The notes beneath the pieces were generated by a model. That model did no database searches. It saw nothing but the letters and a program-made list of their open reading frames with translations, and was not told the origin of the DNA. The translations under genes and the position numbers were made by a program. Shown here one piece after another: positions 15,103 through 28,200 of a DNA stretch of 64,000 bases (positions are counted from its first letter, which is position 1; the number at the start of each line of letters is the position of its first letter). The stretch spans positions 5,270,001 through 5,334,000 of the forward strand of contig CM022679.1 in the NCBI GenBank assembly GCA_012295275.1, in the 5' to 3' direction. The stretch comes from Chrysomallon squamiferum (lineage: Eukaryota > Animalia > Mollusca).

Positions 15103-16662
15103 AAAGATATGCTTAAATAGCAAGCTGCGTCAATATTTTCGTAAATTAAGGCTGATAAAATAGCAATAATAAAACAGTAGACTAATTTAAGTCATCGCTT
15201 ACCTGAAAGCATGTCTGATCTAGAACTGTCAAAACAGGACTTTCTTGAAAAACCTCGAGTATTAAGAACAGGGAACTGCCGGAGTAGAGTTTCATCATCG
15301 TTTTTTTTTGTTTGTTTTTTTAATTTTTGTTTTGACCGGTAGGCATGTGACAGACATAGATACTATATACATGGCCAAACATAACGTTCAACTCTTGACA
15401 CCATTAAGTGACGTCATAAAATGATGGTGCCCCTGTCAGTTATTTGGTTTGTTTATTTACATATTATTACTAAATTAATTTGATTTCACTTATATTTTTC
15501 ATCATTTAACATACATTTTAATTCCCTCTGTATTTAATCATAAAATAGTTATATAAGTTAAATTGATATAATTTAGGAAAACTTATTAATAAATATTTGC
15601 TGATGCTCGGGAATTCCCGCTAGTTCTTCATCCAATGACGTCATTTTTAAAAACAGTTCTCAGAGGTAACTGATTCTAAATAGGAGCATTATATTCACGC
15701 ACGAGCGCACACACACACACACACACACGTACACATACACACAAACACACACACAGACAGACAGACAGATAAATAAAATAACTTACAAATTCAAATCCAC
15801 AGAAATATACAATACATACAAACACTTACAAACACATACACTAATACTACTACTACTACTAATATTAATAATAACAACAACAACAACAACAACTAAACTA
15901 ATAATAAAATTCAGATAAAAAGAACAAATATATCCATTTATAGACTGAAGCACACACACTTACACACACACACACACACATTTAACTGGATACACAAACT
16001 AAACAATAAAAACAAAAGAGACGAGTTCAAACAGGCAAACACAATACACTTACAAATATTGATAGACATAATACCCATACTCACGCACACGTATGAATAT
16101 ACAGAAACGCACACACACAAAAACAAATGTACATGCATGAAACCCCCCCCAAAAAAAACACACAAAAAAAACAACAAACAAAAACACATAACTTTTTGAA
16201 ACACTAAAACCTGCGGACACACTAACCCACTCACACAGACACAAACACCCAAAATACATTCACACATTAACATCACACATCAATCCAAAAAACATGCACA
16301 CACCTGCAACACCCAGAACCAAACACTATCTTCCTAATCATATATCTCCGAGTTTCAGTGATACTACGTCACACATCAGTTCACGAACTTAGAAGTCTTC
16401 TTAATTTATTAACCATTGTTTTCTGTTTGTTTTGTTCGCCACTCGAGGTCGAGTTAACACAGCTTTTCTTTATGGACGCATTTACATAGACCACTTACCT
16501 CGCTGGCTTAGTTTACTAACCGACATGTTGGTGAGTTACCCGTGGTTACCCGAATAAAACAGGGTAAATACGTCTGTGTGTATTTCCGAGTAACTGTCTT
16601 TCTGTGGTTTTTGGGATACAAGCTTTACTCATAATAAAGTATAGCCAGAATAAACAAGCCTG

Positions 16663-17224
<562 letters not shown>

Positions 17225-17243
17225 ACAGTCTCTCTGAATTCTA

Positions 17244-17278
<35 letters not shown>

Positions 17279-17365
17279 GTCCCAAATCTCAGACTCGACC
17301 GATTTTTCTCTATCTCTTTCTCTCTCATTTTTCATCATCATCTAATCTCTTCTCTCTCTCTCTAA

Positions 17366-17398
<33 letters not shown>

Positions 17399-17421
17399 TA
17401 TCTTATCTGTCTATCTGTCTA

Positions 17422-17464
<43 letters not shown>

Positions 17465-17480
17465 AAGATTTTAGACAGAG

Positions 17481-17573
<93 letters not shown>

Positions 17574-17972
17574 GAGATATATAGATACAGATGTAGATAT
17601 AGGTAAAGATAAACATACACATAGTATAGACTGTTTGGAGAATATACAGGAAATGAAAACTATATATAATAATGTCTTGTATTTGCATTAACAGTGTAAT
17701 ATAATGATTAATTTTAAGAGTATTCTGTTGTTTGTCTGGGATGCGTTTTTCTACGTGTTCATATTGCTGAATTTTTTTTTCTACCGTCTTAATCCATCAC
17801 ATGCGAGTCAAATTAATAGGACGTTGTTTATAAATAATATATTTAATTAGCGTCTCCAGTTCAGAAATGTACACAGGATGTACATAACTCCATGTTGTTG
17901 TCTATACCAGACACCTTACTAGTTTCTTTCAATTTTATGTAACATCATACAGAAAGAGAAAGAGAAAGAGAA

Positions 17973-18076
<104 letters not shown>

Positions 18077-19283
18077 ATAGAGAAAGAAAAAACTTCAATA
18101 TACATAAATAGATAGATAGACAAACAGACAGACAGACAGATAGATAGGTAGATAGGTAGAGAGGGAGATAGGTAGATAGGTAGATGTAGATATATAGATA
18201 TAGATTAAAACAAAATTTAAAAAGTGGGGAAAAAGTACAATATATACAGGAGTATTATTACAATTTTAATATACAAGTTTAAGGAACACTCACCATGTAA
18301 TGTTTGAACCTTTGCAGAGACATGACTGTTTGTGAATCAGGTTTTTGTGTCACTCCGCTCCAGTAAATGTGTTTTCCTATCTGTCTTGTCACTGCAGAAG
18401 TAGACTGATTGGTTTTATTAATTTATAGACCGGTTTTCTGATAACGGATCACAAGCGTTGCGACTCCGCATTTCTCTCGATGGTATAAATAAATATCAAA
18501 ATGTAGTGTGTATATAGGTAATTTCCTTATGTTAGTTGTTATCAGTTTCAAATTTGTTTAAGTATAGTTTAATTTCATTTTGATTTAATTTATTTGTTAT
18601 TAACAGACAGCCACATCTATTCTTAGACGAGTTAATCCAGACCTAGAATCCCGATTCGTAATCAGTCCACAATTTTAATATATTCTTTTTCTTTTTCTTT
18701 TTTTTCTTTTTGGTCATTCATGTTTTTCTTTTATTCTTCTTTCTTCGTGTTCTTCTTCTGTTCTTCTTTCTTTCTATATTTCTTCTTCTTCTTTTTTTTC
18801 TTTTTTTGTTTGTTCTACAATCAGAAATGTTACTACATCAGTAAGAAACGCTTTTACACGAAACTTGAATCTACCCCACCGGTCCATCCATGATAAATGG
18901 GCGGGTGGGTAGGACAGGAATCAAAACGCAGCAGAACGTTTTACTGGTCTGTTTTCAAAGCTCTCCTCTGCTGTACAGCTCTCGTGTATCGTGTGAATGC
19001 GAAACACTCCTCGACATTCATTATGAATTAACGGTAGTCATGGAACGACAAGACAAAGCGAGGTAAGGCCTTGAGAGCCGCCTAGTAACAGAACAAATAC
19101 ACTGCATGCTTACATAGCTAGCTGTATCTGTGTGTGTGTGTGTGTGTGTATTATTCTGTCATTCTGTTTTAATTTCTTTTTATATCTTATCTCAGTCGAA
19201 TCAGCGCCGCCTACAGAAATACTCGGTTAAAGAATATGCATGTCAGTTGATTCCCATTGTTCTCACGTGTTTGTGACTATTAT

Positions 19284-19322
<39 letters not shown>

Positions 19323-20174
19323 TATGTGCGTTTCTGTCTCTGCGTGTGTGTGTGTAAGTTTGAGTGTATGTATATATGTGTTCGTGTCTGTATTTATATG
19401 TATCTCTGTGTGTGTGTGTGTGTGTATATGTTTATGTATGTGTGTATTTGTTTATCTATGTATTATAGTATTTGAAATTTCTCTGTCTTATCTACGTCGG
19501 ATTAGACTCTGCACATTGACAATAGTTGGGAACGCACTGGCCAAGGAGGACAAAGTCCAGTCACGACCTCACAAATCCTCAGATGCCGCTGACGAGACTC
19601 GAACATATGGCCATCAAAACAACCTGTGTGTGAGTTTGTATGTATGTGTATATATATGTGTATATGTACGTGTATATGTGTATGTATGAATATGTTTATA
19701 TGTGAATATATAGTTTTGAGTATATGTGTGTTTGTATCTACGTGTGTGTGTGTGTGTGTGTGTGATTGTATATATGTTTGAGTGTGTATGTGTGTGTGCA
19801 TTTGAGTTTGTGTCTATATATGTATGTATGTATGTAAGTATGTATATGCGTGTGTGTGTATGTATGTATATATGTATATGAGCGCTTGGATGGGTAATTA
19901 TATTTAACCAAACTAAATGTGTTACTGTTAAAATGCAGTTGTGTTCAGCTATATTCTACTTCTAATATTGGGGAGACAATCAAAATTTTGTGGCAGTATT
20001 CATCAGTTGTCTCCCTTCAATAATGAAAATTCTTTACGTGTTGTTCTTTGTCTGTCTGTTTTTATGTTTTACTATGTATATGTGTATTTATGTGTACACA
20101 TATATGTAATAATAAAAACCTGTATGTATTTATTTATTTTAAAAAAAATTAATAATTCAACAAACACATACACA

Positions 20175-20214
<40 letters not shown>

Positions 20215-20246
20215 AAAATGAACTAAATAAAAAATAAAGAAATAGG

Positions 20247-20321
<75 letters not shown>

Positions 20322-20766
20322 TTACTATTACTATTATTGTTATTGTTATTATTATTATTAAAACCCCCAAATCTTTCACTAAAGTAAGTAAAAAAAATCA
20401 ACATAAAATATAAAACTAAAAAATCGGAATAAATAAAAACGGAAATAAAGAATAGGGAAAAAATAATAAGAAAAATAAATAAAGAAAAAATAAATATTGA
20501 AATGTTTGATCAGATCAATATTAAAAATAGAACAGCAGTAGCAGTAATAGTAGAATAATAATGAAAAGAAAGAAAAAGAAGACGAAGAAGAAGAGAAAAC
20601 GACAAGAAAATTAATGATTAAGAATCAAATTAAATTGTATTTGATTTGGTATTAGTGTGAATTACAAAATACTTTGTTAAAAATCGGTCACATGTCAAAA
20701 TCGGCGAAAAATTAAAGATGATTGATAAATGAAAGTTAAAATAAGCCACGAAAATACATCCAGAAC

Positions 20767-20773
20767 AAACACA
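20767..20773 (+). promoter_or_regulatory. H1-box (AC box)
   Basis: AAACACA about 70 nt upstream of the TATA box, the motif and approximate position known for H1 promoters. The heptamer is common in this AC-rich genome, so support is positional. Confidence 0.5.
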
Positions 20774-20835
20774 AAAAGACAATGGTGTTGAAAACGTAAA
20801 CATAAACGTGATTTCATTTACGTCCGTCGTGAGCG

Positions 20836-20842
20836 TATAAAA
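20836..20842 (+). promoter_or_regulatory. TATA box of the H1-like gene
   Basis: TATAAAA in a CG-flanked context (GAGCGTATAAAAGCG), 50 nt upstream of the ATG. Confidence 0.75.
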
Positions 20843-20885
20843 GCGATGACGTAAGGTGAATAGAAGCATTTTGAATTCTTCAATC

Positions 20886-21392
20886 ATGAAGAAGGTTTCA
20901 AGTATTCTGCAAGAGATACTAATCGCTGTGAGAAAGAACCCTGACAGAAAGGGAACGACGGTTCACGCAATACGAAGATCCATAGCTTCACAGGCCTTTA
21001 AGGGCATCGCGCCCGTGTACTTAAATGGACAGATTAGGAATGGTCTTCGGGAGGGACTGAGGAAAGGGATGTTGGCCCGTCCCAAAGCTCACGAGTCTGG
21101 TAACCGCCGAGGCCGATACCTGCTGGGGAGCCAGGGCAGGAGGCTGGTGAACAAAAAAGTACCTGCGGAAAACCCCAGCAGGAAGACGCCTCGGCAGCCC
21201 AGAAAGAAACGCCCTGCCGCCCGCACAAAGAAGACAGGACGAACCAGACGCTCAAAGGCGGGCGAAGGAGGCGGACAAGCATCTCCAGAAGACAGGACGA
21301 ACCAGACACCCAAAGACGGGAGACAGGAGGTAGGCAAGCGTCCCAAAAAGACAGGACGAACCAAACGCTCAAAGAAGGGCGGAAAGAGGTAG
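20886..21392 (+). CDS. Linker histone H1/H5-family (winged-helix) protein, arginine-rich; possible sperm nuclear basic/protamine-like protein; single exon, 168 aa
   Basis: ATG at 20886 (the track's GTG start at 20856 sits too close to the TATA box). Residues ~4-80 (SILQEILIAVRKNPDRKGTTVHAIRRSI...QIRNGLREGLRKGMLARPK..SG..GRYLL) match the H1/H5 globular pattern of helix-'RKGSS..AI.KYI'-helix-'LK.GV..G.L'-wing 'G.SGSFRL'. A basic K/R/P tail follows. The ORF is GC-rich in an AT-rich background and is followed by a histone stem-loop. Confidence 0.88.
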   Translation: MKKVSSILQEILIAVRKNPDRKGTTVHAIRRSIASQAFKGIAPVYLNGQIRNGLREGLRKGMLARPKAHESGNRRGRYLLGSQGRRLVNKKVPAENPSRKTPRQPRKKRPAARTKKTGRTRRSKAGEGGGQASPEDRTNQTPKDGRQEVGKRPKKTGRTKRSKKGGKR

Positions 21393-21405
21393 GCAAGCAT
21401 CCCGA
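21231..21405 (+). repeat. Three tandem 58/59-bp units spanning the H1-like tail and stop codon
   Basis: AAGACAGGACGAACCA recurs at 21231, 21289 and 21348 (periods 58 and 59). Each unit continues with ...CAAAG..GG....GAGG..G.CAAGC.TC. Confidence 0.9.
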
Positions 21406-21416
21406 GACCAATAAAC

Positions 21417-21432
21417 GGCCCTTTTCAGGGCC
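21417..21432 (+). terminator. Replication-dependent histone mRNA 3' stem-loop (SLBP-binding)
   Basis: GGCCCTTTTCAGGGCC starts 25 nt after the stop codon. It has a 6-bp stem and TTTC loop, is preceded by AAAC and followed by ACA, matching the canonical metazoan consensus. Confidence 0.95.
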
Positions 21433-21724
21433 ACAGATCTTCTGAATGAATGTTTTCTGTTCAACCAAATTACTCTTGCCTATTAGAATTAGTATTAGTA
21501 GCATTAGCATTAGTGGTATAAATAGTATTTGTAGTATTAGTAGTATTTGTAATAGTTAAAGTAGTAGCAGTAGAAATAAAATAAATAACAATTGTAATGG
21601 AATAAAAAGAAGGAAACATAGAAACACATAAACAAAATGAAAATACAAAGAAGATAATGAAATAAAAATAAACAAACAAATAGACAAGGAAAAACAAAAA
21701 GAAATTATAAACAACGACAGCAAA

Positions 21725-21770
<46 letters not shown>

Positions 21771-21964
21771 GTAATTTTGATAATAATGATGATAATAATA
21801 ATTATAAACTTTAATTTTTAATTTAATGTATACATCTGCTAATGGAAAGTCGATTTCATTCTTGAAGAAAAAAAAAATAAATATGGAAAAAATAAAATTA
21901 ATAATAATAATTTGAAAATACAGATAAAATTAATAATAATAATAATATAATAAATAATAATTTA

Positions 21965-22004
<40 letters not shown>

Positions 22005-22668
22005 AATTCTAATATAAAAAAAAATAAATAAATAAATAAAATAAAATTTAAGATATTTGTTATATTTATATTTAACAATAATAGAAAGGCAAACATTTTG
22101 GGCAGTTTTTAAAATTATATTTAGCAGCAAGTAATAGTAAAGGCAGACATTTGGGGAGTATAATAGTAAAAAAAAAAAGTAATAATAACAGCACTAGTAC
22201 TACTAGAAGTAGTAGCAGTAGTAACAGTAGCACTAATACTAATAATAGTAATAATAATACTAGTTATAGCAATAGTAGTAGTAGTTAGTTGAAATGACAG
22301 TAAAAGTAGTAGTTATAATAACAGTAAAAGTGAGTAGTACAGTAGTAGTGGTAGTAGTAGTAATAGTAGTAGTAGTCATAGTAGTAGTAGCGAAACCTAG
22401 CAGAACTGGCAGCGGCAATAGAAAAGTAGCTAGAACAAATAGAACAATGAAAACATCAACACCAACAGCAACAACAACACAAACAACAACACTAATAATA
22501 ACAACAATGAGAACTCGTGAAATTAAACAGATTGATATTTGTTTATAAAAATGTTGAATAATTTGACATAAAGAAATATTTTGCAGATAACTAGTCAAAG
22601 AGAACGCAACAGAAAGAAAAATGATCAGCACAGTCTTTTATTCACGCACACACAGACACACACACACG

Positions 22669-22699
<31 letters not shown>

Positions 22700-23222
22700 C
22701 CACCCACACACACACACGCACATACACACACATATCGAACGACTTTTAGGTTAATAAATTAGAACTGTGTTTTAATAAATGATTACGTCACACGCTACGT
22801 TAGCTAGCATTACTAGAATTACGACACGTGCTCATTTTAAAGAGTTTGCTTATTATTATTATTGTTATTATTGTTATTATTATTATTTCTGTTTCTATTT
22901 AGTTATTATTTACTATTTTTAGATAAACATATACACTGAACACTAAACAACAAAATCAACAAAGACTATAATAATAATAATATGGAAAACACTGATTGGA
23001 ACATAGCCATGAGGAGATATACATAGACTTACAATCAACACGCAAAGAAACGGTTACATTATTAAAGGGAGCTAATCATGATTAATATTAAGAAAACACT
23101 GAATTATCTCCCCAAACTACCGTTTTGCTTTCAGTTATCATCATCAATAATATATTTATTTTGACACAGACCACACACACACACACACACATATATATAC
23201 GTACATAATACATACATTCTCA

Positions 23223-23309
<87 letters not shown>

Positions 23310-23903
23310 TATTTTCGTGCTGCTACAAATCACCGCGTGAGATCGGACCTTTATGAAAATTTAATACTCTCCTGCTCTTATTTCCGTTTTAATTTGATCT
23401 CTGTTGGGCTCCACTCGACCTGCCTGCCCCAGTAAAACGTATCTGGGGCGTCTGTGTTTCAGCTCCATTACACGTAGGAAATCAGTCCCAATTTGCTGAA
23501 TTTGTCATTTTCAGATGATGGGGCGCCTTTAGCGCTGAACCGCTGGGAGTGGAAGCTTTCATGCAGAAATACCAGCTTCTTACGTTCATTTTGAATGTTA
23601 TCGTGTTGTGTTCTACGGAATTTAAATGTTTTGTAGGTCAAACAGAGTATGTATACAGACGCGCACGCACACACACACACACACAATTTATTTCTGTCTG
23701 TCTCTCTTCTCTCTGGGTGTGTATATATCTATACACACACATACATACGGTGGGGGGAGGAGAGAGAGAAAAAGATCTTGACAAGGTGTTGAAACCTAAA
23801 AAAATTTGTGCACTAGTCTGATATCTTTTCTATTCACTCTGTCAATCCTATAGTAGCAGAATTTTATCTAAAAGTTTAAAACATCGAAAGAATTTTTGGG
23901 ACT

Positions 23904-24009
<106 letters not shown>

Positions 24010-24958
24010 CGTGTTTGTGAAAAATGTATGTTTGTGTGTGAGTATATTATGTGCATATATGGTCTATGTGTTTTTGCCAAACTGTCTTTCTCTCAGTCAG
24101 TCTACATCTCTTTCATTTTTATCTCTAACTTTGCGCCGTTCATTTTTCTTATTTTTTTTTCTTTCACTTCTTTTCATGTTCTGATGTTTTCGTCACGTAC
24201 TTTCATTATCTTAAGAATATAAAAACCGAAAAATGAGTGAACGTTTGCAGTTTATATAGTACATTAACATTCATGATTCACACTCTATATTAAATTTCTT
24301 CAACAAAGCGGAAAATTGACAGAAATTTTATTTTACCTTCTCCGTCGTTGCTAAAACAATTCCACGGCTTGGTGCGATTTATTATTTAGCCTCGCTCGCT
24401 TTTAGCCGCCATTAAAGCGACACGGACTGCCGGATTTCGGATTGGAGAGCCCTTTTGAAGATTTACGACATTGTCATGTTTTACAGTTTGGCAGAAATGA
24501 TGTTTGATTAAAGCAGTTTTATTTTTAATCCAAGTGTTTTCGATGAAACACTTTTATTCAAAAATGTCAGAGGTTATGAGCGCGATGTCAAACTCTGTTA
24601 GGTGCTAACGAATTTATTCCTAACGAACTGTCTTTATTTTTCTTACTTGTGTTTTTATTGTCATGTTTTTCTCTTTTGGATAGTTTTATTATTAGTTTTG
24701 GTTTATCTGAGTATTTCGCGTCAGGTATTGATGACTTTGCCAGTTTTAGTACCTTACCAAATGTATTAGTACGTAAATATGCATATATGTGTGTTTGCTA
24801 GTATGTGTATATATGCATGTATATTTGTATTTATCTACACATCTATGTGTTTGTTTGAGCATGTTTGTATGTATGTATTGTAGGTAATTACCTATGCGTG
24901 TATCTATACATGTATTAAAGCTGCATATATATTTGTCAATAATTATAAGCCTATACAG

Positions 24959-25012
<54 letters not shown>

Positions 25013-25416
25013 TGATGATATAATAATAATAATAATAAAAATAATAATAGATTAACCACATTATTAACCGATTTAACAGTTTTCAGTCGCATATGCACTA
25101 AATATGTACTGAACAACAGTGATAAATCAACAAATTTGATCTGCCGTCATGTGGGAATCTTAATCTCATATTTTGTTATGGAAATTTCACTTCTCATCAA
25201 TAAAACTATATTCGATAATTGCCTTGGACTTAACGATATTATTTCTTCTATTTATCATAGTTTATCAAGTTCCGTGTATATCTGCATCTGTCTTAATCCG
25301 CGGAAAATAAGATAGCAAAGTAAATAATGTCTAGACAATCTGTTAACGGGGAGAAGGTGGATATTTACCACGGAAGAAAGAATAGGGCTTCGTTAATACC
25401 TAGATTTCTTTTTCTT

Positions 25417-25447
<31 letters not shown>

Positions 25448-26540
25448 AAGTGGAGCATTCAAGTGAGGTCGATTCGTAAATCTGTTGAAATCCTTTTTAA
25501 TGATAGCCTAATTTTATCAAAGAGCTCTACATGTATCGATTTCGCGTTAAATGTTTCTTATTGCCTCCCTTTGCTGTAACTAAAGGATCGGCCATTTCTG
25601 TTCTGCTAATGACAGAATCGTGGGTTCGTTACATTCAGTTTTCATACTCGTATTACAAACTTTGCTTGTAGTTTTCTCAGCAAACATACTCCATTTGAAT
25701 ACACAGCTACTTTGCACGAAATCGACAGGTTCAGATGAAAGCAAAGCACAAGATATTATCTCGTACCATTACGACATACGTCCAATAAATTTCTTCATGC
25801 TAGAGTTGGTTGTTTGTTATGGTCACGTTCAGTTAGGGATTTGAATGTTGCACTGGCTGACAGGAGAATTTATTTTTTTTTTTTTTTTTTTTTTTATCAT
25901 GAATATATGAATTTTTTTTTTTTTTAAATAGTGATCTAAGAGATGGTGGTCATGATAGGAGAACAAAACAATGAGAATGGCAATTATAATAGTTACAATA
26001 ATGTTGGCACTGGAGCTAATATAATTTTTTTTCTGATGTTGGCTCTGGTAACGATATAGATGATGACGTCATTTTTGATGATGACACTGATGAAGAACTT
26101 AATGATGGTCATCGTTACAGCAATGTTGATATTTGTGGTAACGATGATGATGATGACTGCGACAATAATATCACACATGAAGGGAGTGGAAGTTATAACG
26201 TTGATGAGATAGATGATGTTACCGATGTATTTGCTAATGATCGATGGTGGTATCAGTAACGATGTCGATGTGTTGTTGATGATGATGATGGTAGGTGCTA
26301 TTGTTTTGTGCTGGTTGTCTGTTTTATAGTAATGTAGTAAAAGTTGTCCTTCTCTCACACATCAGCGTTAGATCATCATATCATTTCTTCAGTAACAGCG
26401 AGCTGTTGTCATAAACAGAATAATTAGAAATGTAACTACGATTATCAACACGAATATTACCACCACCAACATCACAACGACAGCTACGGTAACAACAAAT
26501 TATACTACTACCACAATTACTATTAATTAAATTAAACCAA

Positions 26541-26611
<71 letters not shown>

Positions 26612-27366
26612 CACAAGTGATCAAGGAGTCACGCAGTACTTGACAAGTTTTCCGCTGTGTGTTACGAAGACAATGGGACGCTGTCGTGGAGAGGTTAGTC
26701 TTCATTAATGCAGCTACATGACCCCAGGTTTAATGAGAGAAACCGTGCACGCACCATGATTATGGAAGTAAATACAGATTAGAATTACTGAACTATTGTG
26801 CACGGCAGTACATATGGGATTGTACTGCAGTACATAAACGCATTCTGTTCAGTTTATTAATAAATAGTTTCGGTGTATATACATTGCTTAAATAAAATTG
26901 TTATTGCTGCTTATACAAGAAAGAAATGTTGTTATTATAGTAATAGCTATAGTAGTAGTAGTAGTAGACGTAGTAGTAGTAGTAGTAGTAGTAGTTGTAC
27001 TAGTTGTAGTAGTAGTAATAGTAGTAGTAAAATTGTAGAGCAGTTGGTGAATGTCTAAATTATCCTATAATCAGTAGGTACATCTTCTTCTATCAAATAA
27101 GCAATGTCGCGATGTTTCATCTCAGTTCCATGCACTCTAATATATCAGAGAAACGTCCTCAGAATATGAGTCATTTCGAGATAAAGTAACAGCTGATGTT
27201 GGTTGACAAACGTAAATTAAATGGATAAATCGGGGATATTGCCTCATTTTATGATGATATGAAAGTATTTTTAGATTATTTGCGTGTTTTCAGCGTAAGT
27301 TCTATCGAATCGTTAGAAGGTTAGGGATTGAGATTCATTTAGTCCTGCTAAGAAAAAAAATTCTGT

Positions 27367-27453
<87 letters not shown>

Positions 27454-27597
27454 TGCGCATATACATTCCATGAATATAATTACGTTATAGAAATATGTTT
27501 AAAGTAAAATCTGTAACACGATTAAACATAATTTTTTCACACAAATATATATATATATATATTAATAATTAAATCAAATCAATTCATATTAAATCAT

Positions 27598-27682
<85 letters not shown>

Positions 27683-28029
27683 AGGTAGCTGTAACATAGT
27701 AGTCATCATCATCATCATCCACAATTTTTGAAAGAAACGCAGTCTTAAACGTCCATCCACAATAGGTTTATCTTATCCAGACTTTCAGAAGTCCTCCGAG
27801 TATAGATTCTAGTCTGTGTGTATTATCTAATCTGAATCAATTGTAACATCACATAACCACATTGTAAACAGGCTATAATTCTTAAATACACCGTCTAAAA
27901 ACAAGAAGGTTTGAAAACCCACGAGGTTAGCCAGATAACAGAAAAAAAAAGACTGACAGGAAGATGTTGTCTTTAACTGAGCAAGTGCATTCAGACTATA
28001 ACTAAGTTTTGACGAGGAAATTACATACT

Positions 28030-28200
28030 TAGACATATTATTATTACAGTGCAGAAATCTAGACAGGCAATTTTTAAATGCTGTATAAAATGTAGTCATG
28101 TGATTATTATAGTGTACGGATCTTGATATAATATTATTAAATATAGTGTACAAATCTAAATTGGCGATTATTAAATCTAGTGTATAAATCTATTTTACAA
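28030..28200. repeat. Diverged ~30-bp tandem repeat
   Basis: Recurrent AGTGTA(C/T)AAATCTA...ATTATTA units. Confidence 0.55.

Noticed and set aside
20856-20885. GTG-initiated N-terminal extension of the H1-like ORF
   Set aside because: It begins 14 nt after the TATA box, likely upstream of the TSS. The eukaryotic start is the ATG at 20886.
21034-21510. Antisense ORFs of 158 and 103 aa over the H1-like gene
   Set aside because: Shadow ORFs of a GC-rich coding strand. The plus strand carries the domain, TATA box and stem-loop.
25993-26358. 121-aa Ile/Thr-rich minus-strand ORF, and Asp-rich (GAT)n stretches near 44240-44345 and 45920-46210
   Set aside because: Degenerate (GAT/ATC)n trinucleotide low-complexity sequence without splice or domain support.
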